64,000 bases of DNA from an uncultured Planctomycetota bacterium. GTDB lineage: Bacteria > Planctomycetota > Planctomycetia > Isosphaerales > Isosphaeraceae. The stretch is taken from contig CAWJTV010000020.1 of assembly GCA_963845755.1 (NCBI GenBank), forward strand, positions 1 to 64,000, written 5' to 3'. Position numbers and translations under genes: made by a program. Positions 1 through 10,327 of the stretch are shown here, piece after piece; within the stretch, counting starts at the first letter, position 1; each line of letters opens with the position of its first letter. The notes beneath the pieces are model-generated. The model did not search any database and was not told where the DNA came from. It saw nothing but the letters and a program-made list of their open reading frames with translations.

Positions 1-23
1 GAATTGGAGAATTCGGCATAATT

Positions 24-413
24 TCAAGTGAAAAGAATCAGGAAAGTTTGAATGCCCACGATGATCCACCCGATTCCCGACGCCGCTCCCAGCAGGATTC
101 CCGCGGTTGCCAGCGGTGAAGCCCGTCCATCGCCGTGATCGATACGACGGCCCGTCCATCCGAACCCGACGCTGACGACGGCAAGGCCCAGCATCGTCGC
201 GATCCCCCACCAGCATCAAGATGGCGTAGATCGCGACGAGAGATTTCGGCCCCCGGGGCGACTGCGACAGGACCAGGTTCAGGACCAGGATGATCGGGGC
301 GACGAGTAACGCGACCGCGCCAAGGGAGATGGACGCAAGACCCACGCGACACCGCCCGAATTCGTCGTCGATCCCTTGGACGCGCCGAGGTCCGAGAGTT
401 CATCGATAGCCAT
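24..413 (-). CDS. Small membrane protein (frameshifted reading)
   Basis: ATG at 413 overlaps the upstream stop (TGATG). Hydrophobic segments (LASISLGAVALLVA, ATMLGLAVVSVGFGW, AGILLGAASGIGWIIVG) lie in different frames. Confidence 0.35.
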
Positions 414-883
414 CAGAGCGAGACCTCCATAGAGCAAGATATGAGAAAAATTCGCCCGACCTCGATGTCGAGCTGCAAGTCGTCGTCGTACTCGTAACAG
501 ACCCCGACCTTCCGATCGCCGTTCGTCTCCTTCCGAACGACGATCCTCGGGGATCGCTGGAGATCAGCCTCCTGGCACGACCGCCGCAGTCTCTCTTCGA
601 TGAATGCCTTCGCCTCCTTCAGGCCGGCCCCGGTGGCCTGGCGGTAGTGCTTGATCGCCTGGATTTTCTCCCTCTTTCGCAGGGCTTCGATCACCGTCGG
701 AGGGAGATCGGCGTAGGGATCGTAGTGGAGTCCGGCGTTCTTGAGCAGCAGGTCGACCTTGCCTTCCAGCCTCGACACCGCGGCCAGTCGCTTCTGGAGT
801 TCGACGTGCCGAGCATACAACCCCGTGACCAGGACAACCGTCATCATGGCGAGCCAGAGTGTCCAGAATGTCACCATTTCCAT
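413..883 (-). CDS. Membrane protein with ribosomal L7/L12 C-terminal-like motif
   Basis: N-terminal TM helix, then KIQAIKHYRQATGAGLKEAKAFIE; GGAGAGG RBS before ATG 883. Confidence 0.7.
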   Translation of the reverse strand: MEMVTFWTLWLAMMTVVLVTGLYARHVELQKRLAAVSRLEGKVDLLLKNAGLHYDPYADLPPTVIEALRKREKIQAIKHYRQATGAGLKEAKAFIEERLRRSCQEADLQRSPRIVVRKETNGDRKVGVCYEYDDDLQLDIEVGRIFLISCSMEVSL

Positions 884-1100
884 GCGTGTCCTCTCTCCGA
901 GCATCGATCCACGTTATCCGCCCATCACCCGAGGCACGGCCCGATTGCAGGGCGTCCATGATCATACCCGAAATCGAGGGATCGGGAACGGAGTGGCTCG
1001 GTGAGCCGTGGCATCGCCCGGCGATCCCGGATCACGACCATCGCGTCAGGAAGTTGCGCCCGGACGAGTCTGATCCGCCCCGGGTTTCTCCGGATCCTTG

Positions 1101-1545
1101 AAGTCAACCTCCGCAAGATCCCTGCGCCATGTGCGCCTGTGGGGGATGCGAGATCCCGAACTCCGGCATCCCGAATCATTCTTCATCCGGAATCCGGAAT
1201 CTCGGATCGTGAATTCCTCGTGGATTGCGGCCGAAGGCCACGTTCGAGTCAACCTCCGCAAGATTCCTGCACCGTGCGCGCCTTGGCGGATCCGAGATCC
1301 CGATTTCCGGCATCCCGGATCCTCCTTCATCCGGAATCCGGAATCTCGAATCGTGAAGTCTTCGTGGATTGCGGCCGAAGGCCACGTTCGAGTTGACCTC
1401 CGCAAGATCCCTGCACCGTGCGCGCCCTTGGCGGATCCGAGATCCCGATTTCCGGCATCCCGAATCCTCCTTCATCCGGAATCCGGAATCCGGAATCTCG
1501 AATCGTCAATCCCATTTGGGTTCCGGCCGAAGGCCGCGTTCGAGT
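1101..1545. repeat. Three tandem ~145-bp units of a dispersed repeat family
   Basis: Units start at about 1101, 1246 and 1390. Each has GGAATCC-type heptamers and ends in a GGCC-GAA-GGCC hairpin. Confidence 0.9.
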
Positions 1546-1558
1546 GTTCCCTCACGAC

Positions 1559-2741
1559 CTAGATCAGCTCCTCAGGCAGCGGGATCGTCCAATCATTGAC
1601 CTGGCCGGCGCGCACCGAGAATCGTCCCTCAAGCCGACTCCAGTAAGACGAGGGAACGGCAACACCGCGCTGGAAGTTGTCGAGAGACATCGGCGTTCGA
1701 GGCGACGGCTGGCCGTCATCCGGATCCTTGTAAAAAGCCGTGACATCATCTTCAAATAAATATTCGGGGGTTCCGGCGGTGTGGGCGAGCACGTCGAACC
1801 ACTCACCCTTCCTGCCCGGATCCCGGGAGGCACAGGGTCGGAGGACGACCAGACGCCGCAGCAGGTAGTGTCCCGCCTCCATAGCCACCGCATTCGATTC
1901 GGATCGGACTCCCGGAGCAGGGGGGTTATCGAAGACACACTGAACGTCCCAGGATTTCGGTGCCTGGTAGAAGTGCCACGGGTCGGATTTCGTCGCTCCC
2001 CCACTCGCGATCTGTCGGGATCCCGGCCCGTAGACGATCTTCCGGCTCCGGTCATGACCGTACAAGTTCAAGACCCTCCACTCCCGAGGCTGTTGAAACG
2101 TTGTCGCGCCTGGACGAACGTCATTTCCATCAGTAGGTTCTTGTCGACAAGATCTGCCGGCCATGGAACGCGAAGTTCGACCGCGGACTGAACGGGATGC
2201 GGCTCCGGCCGGGGCAGATGATCGTCTCGTCAACCTTGGTCCCGAGCTTGACGTTGATGGTGCCGCGACATGTCCAGCTATGCTCTTCGTCCCAGGACGT
2301 GGAAAGCTCGAACGACCAATCGCCGGGCTGAACCACGCCGAAATCGACTCGGCCGCCGGAATCCGACACGCGGCGGATGGCTCGCGAGTTGAATCCGATC
2401 GGCGGTTTTTCCGAGTCCTTTTCCAGCGCGGCCTGATACCCGACTGCGGGAGAGCCGTCGTTGGATTCCAGCACGAGCTTGAATTTGACGGGGATCCAGT
2501 CGGGCGCTCGAGTTGACTGCGCAGCCTTGGCCATCGTCCGCAGTTGCTCCAGGATCTCCGCGTCGGCCATGTGCGATTGGGTGAGCAGCTCGATCGTTTT
2601 CGCCTGGTCAGCGGCCTGACCCTCGGCCAATCGCCGCGCGACATTCATGGCCTGGTTCGACCGGTGCCAGCCCAGGCCCGAGAGCGACAGGGTTGCCAGC
2701 ATGACGATCAGACAGGCTGCCATCGATCTGCGCTGAGCCAT
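1559..2741 (-). CDS. Secreted/membrane-anchored hypothetical protein (frameshift near 2140)
   Basis: GAGGAGG RBS and hydrophobic N-terminus; ORF 2130..2741 continues into the 1559 frame. Confidence 0.6.
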
Positions 2742-2960
2742 GAGTCTCCCTCCTCAACTCGACGAGCCAAAGCCGGCCGTCCTCGGCCGCCGAAACCGCC
2801 CGGGTTACAACCGGTCCGTGCTCCACCTCTTGATGTGGCACAAGTCGCGATGATACGCAAACCATGGATCGTTGACCAGGATCTTGTGAGCCCCACCGCC
2901 GGCGAGCACGACCACGTTTGAGCGATTTACCGATGGGTTGCGCGGCAAACAGCGGATCTT

Positions 2961-3135
2961 CTGCGGCCCCAAGGGCCGCCGGAGCCCAGCCCGGGGTGGA
3001 AACCCCGGGACTCGGTCGCACCGCCCCGACGGGTGCACTATGAAGGGGTGCCGGCGGGGGTCTCCTGCGGCCCTACAGGCCGCTCGGATGCGGGTTTGCT
3101 GTTCGGACCCCGGGTTTCACCCGGGGCTTGGCTCC
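2961..3135. repeat. REP/BIME-like palindromic cluster; right arm split by the recombinase element (rest at 5144-5162)
   Basis: 2961-3010 is an imperfect inverted copy of 3107-3135 joined to 5144-5162; central hairpin GCGGCCCTACAGGCCGC at 3067-3083. Confidence 0.8.
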
Positions 3136-5143
3136 TATGACCCCAACAGAGTGGCATACAGCCCGTTGATACCTGATACTGTCATCCCTCTGAGCCGCCT
3201 CAGAGGGCGTTGAACCCGACCCTGACGCCGGACTGCTGCTTGCATGGAGGTGATCGTCCTCGCGACGTCCTACCACGGAGAGCGGACATGACACGACGAT
3301 CGGCCTTGGGACGGCACAGCCTCCGCATCCACCGGGAGTTCGTCCCCTCCCGCTGCCAGCTCCGCGCCCTGGCCTTGGCCTTCGAGCAGGCCCTCCCCAT
3401 CATCCGGAGGCCGCTGACGACGCCGGCACGACCACAAATGTTCGTTGATTCTGATTTGAATTCGTTCACACAACCAGGCCGTTCGGGGGCCCTCCGATGA
3501 CCGAACCCATCGACCGCCGCGCCGCCTTGTACGCCAGGGTCTCCACCGAACAGCAGGCCCAAGAGGACACGATCGCCAGTCAACTCGATCTGTTGCGCCG
3601 GCGAATCCAGGCCGATGGCCTGACCGTCGCCCAGGAACTCCAATTCGCCGACGACGGTTATTCGGGCGAGACCTTCCGGCGCCCCGCCCTGGAACGGTTG
3701 CGCGACACGGCCGCCGCCGGGGCGATCGACCGGATCTACATCGAGTGTCCCGACCGATTGGCACGGGATTACCCGTATCAGATGGTCGTGGTCGACGAGC
3801 TGCGCCGCCAGGGCGTCGAGGTCGTCTTCCTCAATCACGACCTCGATGAGAGCCCCGAGGGTCGACTGCTGTTGCAAGTCCAGGGGATCATCGCCGAATA
3901 CGAGCGGGTCAAGGCCCGTGAGAAGTGTCGCCGCGGCCGGCTCTACGCGGCGCGGTCGGGCCAGGTCAGCGTCCTGGGCGGCGCCTTACGGATACCATTA
4001 CCACACCAAGCAGGAGGGAGGTGGCGCGGCCCGGTATGTCGTCCAGTTCGCCGAGGCCCAGGTGGTCCGAGAGATCTTCACCTGGGTGGGGATCGAAGGA
4101 TGTTCGCTCAGTCAGGTGTGCCGACGATTGCGAGAACGCGGGCTCCTTACCCGCACGGGCAAGGCGCAGTTGGGATCGGGCCACGGTCCTGGGCATGCTG
4201 CGCAACCCGGCTTACATGGGGACAGCCCACTTCAACAAGGTCCATTGCGTCCCGGCCCGTCCCCGGTTCGCCCGCGTCGGGGAGTCCCCGAGTTTCCACG
4301 GCGACACACCGCCAAAGCGGCGACGCCCCCCGAGGACCAGATCCCGATCCCGGTGCCGGCGATCGTGGAGCCGGCCCTGTTCGAGGCCGTGCAGGAGCGG
4401 CTGGCGGAGCACCGCCGACATCCCGGCCAGGCGGCCCCCCGGCCGCGCCATCTGCTGGCGGGCTTGGTGGTGTGCCAGCGGTGTGGTTACGCGTATCGCG
4501 GTCGGGCCATGAAGAAGAAGGGAGGGAGTCGCTATGGCTATTACCGCTGTTATGGGGCGGAGGCCGAGTCCTTCGCCGGCCGGGCCCGGATCTGCGACAA
4601 TCCGGCGATCCGGATCGAACGTCTGGACGAGGCGGTGTGGTCCGATGTGCGCGGGTTGTTGCTGGAGCCGGAGCGGTTGGCTGAGGAATTCGAGCGGCGG
4701 TTGAGTCGGGCGAACCGAGGCGAGGGGACGACTCAGTCGAGTCGGAGCCTGGACAAGTTGATCGGTCAGGTCCGCCGCAGGCTGGCGCGGCTGGTGGAGA
4801 TGTACGCCGACGGATACATCGAGAAGGAGAAATTCCAGAGAGATATGGATATTTCTCGAACACGAATGTCAGAATTGGAGTTGGAGCGTCGGGCGATGGA
4901 CCAGGAGGAACAGCAACGGGAGGAGTTACGGTTGGTGATGGGTCGGATCGAGGAATTCGGGCGCAGGTACGCGCCGGTTTGGATACCAGCGACGTGGCGA
5001 CGCGTCGTCGGATCATTTGTGCACTGGTCAAGAAGGTCGAGATCGATGCCGAGGCGGTTCATATTGTGTATCGTGTGAGCCCTCGCCCTTTTGCCCAAAC
5101 GGCCTCGACAGACGGTAACATGCCACACTGTTGGGGCCGTTCC
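3134..5143 (+). mobile_element. Compact large serine recombinase integrative element (attL core 3133-3136, attR core 5141-5144)
   Basis: TCCT repeated at both junctions. The 22-bp arms 3136-3157 and 5120-5141 are inverted (18/22). Removing the element restores the REP arm. Confidence 0.85.
3288..3500 (+). CDS. 70-aa accessory ORF of the recombinase element
   Basis: GGAG RBS; ATGA overlap with the recombinase start at 3497. Confidence 0.6.
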   Translation: MTRRSALGRHSLRIHREFVPSRCQLRALALAFEQALPIIRRPLTTPARPQMFVDSDLNSFTQPGRSGALR

Positions 5144-5242
5144 TGCGGCCCTTCAGGCCGCCGCAGGACGTCCCCCAGGCTTCGGGCGGGGCTCGATTGC
5201 TCTCGCCGGAGACGTGCGCAACGCAACCGTAAAGCGCTCTAG
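3497..5242 (+). CDS. Large serine recombinase (resolvase + recombinase + zinc ribbon + coiled coil); several frameshifts
   Basis: YARVST catalytic motif, DDGYSG..RPAL, DRLAR, LRNPAYMG, LLAGLVVCQRCG..YYRC, spread over ORFs 3497, 3846, 3925 and 4979. Confidence 0.92.
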
Positions 5243-6658
5243 ACCGACAATCCTCAATTGAGACACCAACAGCTTGATGACCCGGCTAGAATTACCCGGA
5301 TTCGCTAGCTTCGCAACCACCAGGGAGGCTCTCGCCATGCCGGGCAAGACGGCCAAGGTCACCATCACCGAACGTCAACACGATCTCCTGGAGACGATCC
5401 ACAAGGCCCCCACCGCCTCGTCTCAACTCCGCCAGCGTGCGGCCATCATCCTCTGGGCCTTCCAGAAGCGGGACAACGCGGAGATCGCCGCCGCAGTCGG
5501 GCTGTCGCGGCGGCAGGTCAGCACCTGGCGACGACGTTGGGCCGATGCCTGGGAGCGGCTCATCCGCATCGAGTGCACCCAGACCCACGCCGCGTTGCGC
5601 AGGGCCGTCGAGCAGGTCCTCCGCGATGAGCCCCGCGCCGGCTCCTCCGGCAAGTTCACTCCCGAGCAGGTCGTGGCGATCCTGGCACTGGCCTGCGAGC
5701 CCCCGGAGAAGTCCGGCCGGCCGATCACTCACTGGACGGCCAAGGAGTTGGCCGACGAGGCCATCAAGCGCGGCATCGTGCCCTCGATCTCGGTCACTCA
5801 AGTGGGTCGCTATCTCCGCGAGGCCGCCTTGCAGCCGCACAAGAAGCGGTATTGGCTCAACACCCGCGAGAAAGATCCGGTGGTCTTTGCGGGGCGGGTC
5901 CAGGCGGTCTGTGACACCTACCAGGAGGCGCCGGCCCTGGCGAGGGACCAGGGGACGCACACCGTCAGCACCGATGAGATGACCGGGTTGCAAGCGCTGG
6001 AGCGGAGTGCCCCCGATCAGCCGATGACCTACGGGAGGCCCGAGCGGATCGAGGCCGAATATACGCGGCATGGGACGCTGACTCTGATCGGCAACTTCGA
6101 CGTGACGACCGGCGAGTTGATCACCCCCACGATCGGCCCGACGCGGACGGAGTTGGATTTCGTCGAACACATCGCGCACACGGTGGCGACCGACCCGGAG
6201 GCGGGGTGGATCTTCGTGGTGGATAATTTGAACATCCATGGCTCGGAGATGCTGGTGCGGTTGGTGGCCAAGGCGTGCGGGATCGCGGAGCCGTTGGGGA
6301 GGAAGAACATGCACGGGATCCTCAAGTCGGTGGCCAGCCGGCAAGCGTTCCTGTCGGAGAAGGGCCACCGGATCCGGTTCGTGTACACGCCGAAGCACAG
6401 TTCGTGGCTGAACCAGATCGAGACGGTCTTCGGAGTAATCATGAGGAAGGTGATTCGGCGCGGCTCGTTCAGTTCGGTGGACGACCTGCAGAGCAAGCTG
6501 TGGAACTTCATCGCGTATTTCAATCGGGTGTTTGCCAAGCCGTTCCACTGGACCTACACCGGTCGCCCGCTGCGGGTGAAGGTGGCGTGAAAAGAGGCAA
6601 ACGACCAAGGATGGAGAAGCCACCTTGCTCATGCTCACTCAATTGAGGATTGTCGGTC
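5242..6658 (+). mobile_element. IS630-family insertion sequence
   Basis: Perfect 21-bp terminal IR GACCGACAATCCTCAATTGAG (5242-5262 / 6638-6658); TA duplication at 5240-41 and 6659-60. Confidence 0.93.
5337..6590 (+). CDS. IS630 transposase
   Basis: HTH domains, STDEMTG, EYTRHGT, VVDNLNIH, YTPKHSSWLNQIE. Confidence 0.95.
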   Translation: MPGKTAKVTITERQHDLLETIHKAPTASSQLRQRAAIILWAFQKRDNAEIAAAVGLSRRQVSTWRRRWADAWERLIRIECTQTHAALRRAVEQVLRDEPRAGSSGKFTPEQVVAILALACEPPEKSGRPITHWTAKELADEAIKRGIVPSISVTQVGRYLREAALQPHKKRYWLNTREKDPVVFAGRVQAVCDTYQEAPALARDQGTHTVSTDEMTGLQALERSAPDQPMTYGRPERIEAEYTRHGTLTLIGNFDVTTGELITPTIGPTRTELDFVEHIAHTVATDPEAGWIFVVDNLNIHGSEMLVRLVAKACGIAEPLGRKNMHGILKSVASRQAFLSEKGHRIRFVYTPKHSSWLNQIETVFGVIMRKVIRRGSFSSVDDLQSKLWNFIAYFNRVFAKPFHWTYTGRPLRVKVA

Positions 6659-6820
6659 TAGAGCGCGGAACAGTTGGGTTGCGCACACGCTATGAGCTGG
6701 TCTTCGGCGGCCCGAAGGGCCGCTGGAGGGCGGCGCCCGGGCCTGGGCGGAATCGGATCGCTCACGCCGGGCGCATGCGCAACGCAACGGATAGTCGCGC
6801 TAATCGAGATGCTTAGATTC

Positions 6821-7927
6821 ATGAGACTTCCCACGCGGTTCTTGCGGACGATCCCGAAAACGTCCCCGATTGTCGCCTTCGCCTTGTCTCTCGTCCTCAT
6901 CGCGGCCACACCGGGAGATGGCCGGGGGCAGGTGGGGCGCACGGCGACGAGCCTCGAAGGGATCGTCGCCCAGGCGGAGGTCGTGGTGCGCGCCAAGGTC
7001 GCCCGAGTGGCCCGCGGCGCGATGAAGGACATGCGTTGGCCGGAGGCGGTGACCCTCAAGGTTACCGAGAGGCTCCAGGGGCCGCCACGAGGGATGCTGA
7101 CGTTCGTCCACTCTTATGCTTTCCAATCGGACATCTTCGGGGCGTGGAAAGCGGCGGGCCGCGAGCATCTGTACGTCCTGGTCCGCAACGAGCAATATCG
7201 CGAGGACGCCGCGCTGGACGACCTTGATGCACGCTATCCACTGAGTCTCGAGCGGGTCGTCCGACTCGGACCCGTCGTGCAGGCCGAGACGAATTACGGG
7301 CCCTCGGGGCAAGGACCCTGGCATCTGCCGCTGTTCACGCTCGACCTCAAGGTCGTCGGCGAGCCCGAGGCGATCCTCAAGGCCACGCGCACGGCCGTCG
7401 CCGAGTGGCGTGGACGCGGGAGACCCGAGATGCATCGGCTGGACGTGCCGGGGGTCGTGATGAATCAGACCGGCGAGGCCGGCGACGTCAACGCCCTGTA
7501 TCTCCCCGTCGATCGTCACCTCGAAGACCTCGCGCGGCGGATCATCCGGGCCCCGGCCGACTACATCAAGACGTCCGATTTCCAGCCGCCGAAGGACGAG
7601 GCCGCTCGCAAGAACAACGAGGTCTGGCTCGGATACTCCCGTGACCTGCTCCGCGCCGCGGCCGTCAAGGCGCTCGGCCACTTCAAGTCGGACGAGAACA
7701 TTGCTTTGCTCAAGCCGCTGCTGGACGATCCGGCGTTTTCAGGGATCACCCACTTCGAAGGAGGGCAGCCGATCGATCTGGGCCGGGAGTATTACATTCG
7801 CAAGGCGACTTACGAGGTACTCCGTGAATGGGGTGTCGCCGTGAAGGAGCCGGTGATCCGAGAGAAACCGGCGCAGAGCGGCCCCGTCGGGCGGCGCCCT
7901 ACCCGCCGAGCCGGCCCGGCGGACTGA
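6821..7927 (+). CDS. Secreted hypothetical protein with C-terminal HEAT-like helices
   Basis: Signal-like N-terminus; LRAAAVKALGHFKSDENIALLKPLLDDP. Confidence 0.65.
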   Translation: MRLPTRFLRTIPKTSPIVAFALSLVLIAATPGDGRGQVGRTATSLEGIVAQAEVVVRAKVARVARGAMKDMRWPEAVTLKVTERLQGPPRGMLTFVHSYAFQSDIFGAWKAAGREHLYVLVRNEQYREDAALDDLDARYPLSLERVVRLGPVVQAETNYGPSGQGPWHLPLFTLDLKVVGEPEAILKATRTAVAEWRGRGRPEMHRLDVPGVVMNQTGEAGDVNALYLPVDRHLEDLARRIIRAPADYIKTSDFQPPKDEAARKNNEVWLGYSRDLLRAAAVKALGHFKSDENIALLKPLLDDPAFSGITHFEGGQPIDLGREYYIRKATYEVLREWGVAVKEPVIREKPAQSGPVGRRPTRRAGPAD

Positions 7928-8040
7928 CAGGGCGGCCGCCAGGTCATTCGGCTCCGGAAAGCGTTTCCTCGGCCTTACCGCGGCTTATACGCGTGCATTC
8001 GGGGCTGGCTTCATCTCCCGCTTGAAGTCGATAACACCGG

Positions 8041-9123
8041 TCAGGTAAGGCCGGTCCGGTTGCGGGCTATGCTGGACGGGTCATCGCGACGGTTTCGCCA
8101 GGGCGGGTGGTGGAAGTGGATGACGAAATCACCGTTGTAGGAAGCCACGGCTTCCTCGAATACAATGCGCCCGATGCGCTTCCAATTCTCGATGATGCAA
8201 CGCTGGGCGAGGAGCCCCTTGGTGTGCCCCTGGTCGGACACCTCGATGTTGAACGTGAGGGTTCTTCTCGGCTCGCTCTCTCCCTTGTCGTAGATCTGAG
8301 CCAGGATTTCCTCGCGGAAATCGAGCCGATCGCCGGACACCCGTGGCTGGTCCCGATGAACCATCAGGCGCAGGAATTCCGGCGACCGGGTCGGCTCGTC
8401 GTCGGGCTTCCCGAGCTCGGCAATCGGGTAGAGTTGGCGGATGGTGGGCTGCTTGTCGGCTCGCTGGAAGGCGAGTGCGGACACCAGGAGGACCGGGAGA
8501 CCCAAACCCCGCCTCCACGGGGTTGTGTCGGGCGCGTTGCGGAGTTCGGCATCATTGATCGTCGGGCTCCGAGCGCCACCCAGGTCTTCTTGTGTGATGA
8601 AATTCGCGGTCCGATACGGCTCGGGATGATCCCGGTCGGTCGTCGGATAGAGCTTTCCGACCAGGGCGAGGGAGCGATCATACCCGCTGCGCGTTTCCGT
8701 GCAGCAGGTGGAGTATCGGCCGACGATCAGGGCCCGGCTGCCTGGTTTGAAATAGCCCGTATACGCCGGTCCTTCCGGGGCATCGTCGATCTCCCAGGTG
8801 CCGGTCAAGCACACGCCGTTGGGATGGACGATCCGCCGGAAGCCACGGCCATCGGGCCCCCAGCGGAGGTCCGCCTGAGACGCGAGGGTCCTTCGGGCGG
8901 CCTGGAGGAACTTCCAGCCATTGCCGAACGACAAGATTCCACGCACTGCTCGGCCGAGCGTGACGTCATAGATGGGGAGCGGTGGTTCGCCCGGCCCTCC
9001 CCACGTCCGGTAGTAGGGGATCGCAAAGAGGGCCGCACGGACTTCCGAGAACCGAGACCCGGCATAGAGCCGATCACTGTCCGTGACCTCCTCCGGGCCA
9101 TCGTAGCTCCGATCAACGATCAT
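8041..9123 (-). CDS. Catalase-like domain protein
   Basis: RIVHPNGVCLTGTWEI..YTGYF..IVGRYS resembles the catalase HxKG..G.F..VRFS region. Confidence 0.6.
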   Translation of the reverse strand: MIVDRSYDGPEEVTDSDRLYAGSRFSEVRAALFAIPYYRTWGGPGEPPLPIYDVTLGRAVRGILSFGNGWKFLQAARRTLASQADLRWGPDGRGFRRIVHPNGVCLTGTWEIDDAPEGPAYTGYFKPGSRALIVGRYSTCCTETRSGYDRSLALVGKLYPTTDRDHPEPYRTANFITQEDLGGARSPTINDAELRNAPDTTPWRRGLGLPVLLVSALAFQRADKQPTIRQLYPIAELGKPDDEPTRSPEFLRLMVHRDQPRVSGDRLDFREEILAQIYDKGESEPRRTLTFNIEVSDQGHTKGLLAQRCIIENWKRIGRIVFEEAVASYNGDFVIHFHHPPWRNRRDDPSSIARNRTGLT

Positions 9124-9234
9124 AATTATGTGTCCCGGTCAGTCGCCTCGTCGCGCCGCGGCCTGGGAGCATCCGAGGTCATGCGGCCGTTTCAGGTCGG
9201 ACTCCCGGGCCGAGCGCCCATGATACGGGCCGGC

Positions 9235-10094
9235 TCATGGCGCCTGCATCTCTTCGATCGGTGGGATGTCCCGGTCGAAGTAGGCCCGGAATCGTTGCTT
9301 CTCATCTTGCACGGGCGAGCCGTACGGGATCAATGGGGCCGCGAAAACTTCCTTGCCTTTATGCCGCACGACGAGTCCGAGATCGGTGAGTCGGCAGATG
9401 GCGTAGTCCCAGACGGGGCCATCGGCCGCGGCGTGTGTGCGTGCCTCGATGACCAGCAGTGCCTCGGGATCCGTGGAGGTGACGAATGCGAACAACGCGC
9501 CGTCGAGGACGGCCGGCTCGGTGCTTTCATAGCGAAAGAGGGGCTGGGGCAAGAGGCGTAGCTCCAGGCGCTTCTCCGAGTGGTCCCTGGTCGAGGCCGA
9601 AAAATCACGGGCCAGCGCCGCATCTGGGACAGCCGCTGCGCGGCGGATCCGGCGGGACGAGGCGCGCCCGTGAGCGCCGCCAACTCGATACCCGGGGCCG
9701 AAGGGGTCCAGGTCGAACTATGCGTCCCGACGCGCGAAACGTCGAGGACCGACAGGGACAGCGAATGGAACTCGTGGAAGAGCTTGCGTGGCCCGATCGA
9801 GGGGAAGGTAAAGAAGGTACCGATGACCTCGGGGCGGCCCCGGTTCGTCCACACAAAGACGGCGCCGTCACCGCCGAGCCGCGTCGGATTTGAGCAGACG
9901 AGGACCGGTTCGCGCCGCAGCTCGACCCTGTCTTTGCGGCTGGCGTCGCGGTGGATGGTATATTCGGCCGCATCGCTCCGATAAATCTCGAGAATCCGTT
10001 CGTGCTTCCTCTGGGCAGCCTGCTTGGACTCAGAATCGTCCTTCGCCTGCATCGTGACGGCGAAGAGGAGAATCAAGCGCGTCGCAACGCTCAT
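9235..10094 (-). CDS. Secreted planctomycete-type hypothetical protein (frameshift near 9620)
   Basis: Signal peptide; GAVFVW..RPEV, HEFHSLS, then QPLFRYE..DGALFAFV..TDPEALL in a second frame. Confidence 0.7.
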
Positions 10095-10327
10095 GGAACA
10101 CCGGCCTTCGACAGGGCGATTGAAGAATCGGACCAGGCCCTCGGGCAGATGACGAATCGAGTCGTATGACTACAAATATCGCCGTTGCGGATAGGTTGTC
10201 AACGAGAATCTTCGGCACTTCGACCGAGGGACTACCTCAATACGCCGCCAGCGACCCGCGGGACGAGGGTGGCGTCGGACAGAAGCGGGCCGAGGCCGGG
10301 AATCGTCGGCCCGGAAGCCGAGGCGGC

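Noticed and set aside
413..883. Ribosomal protein gene rplL
   Set aside because: TM N-terminus, only a partial CTD motif, and not in an rplJ/rpoB context.
1101..1545. CRISPR array
   Set aside because: Whole units are similar with no unique spacers, and there are no cas genes.
3200..3877. 225-aa minus-strand ORF
   Set aside because: Antisense shadow of the recombinase.
3134..5143. Prophage or ICE
   Set aside because: The att sites enclose only 2 kb, with no phage, replication or conjugation genes.
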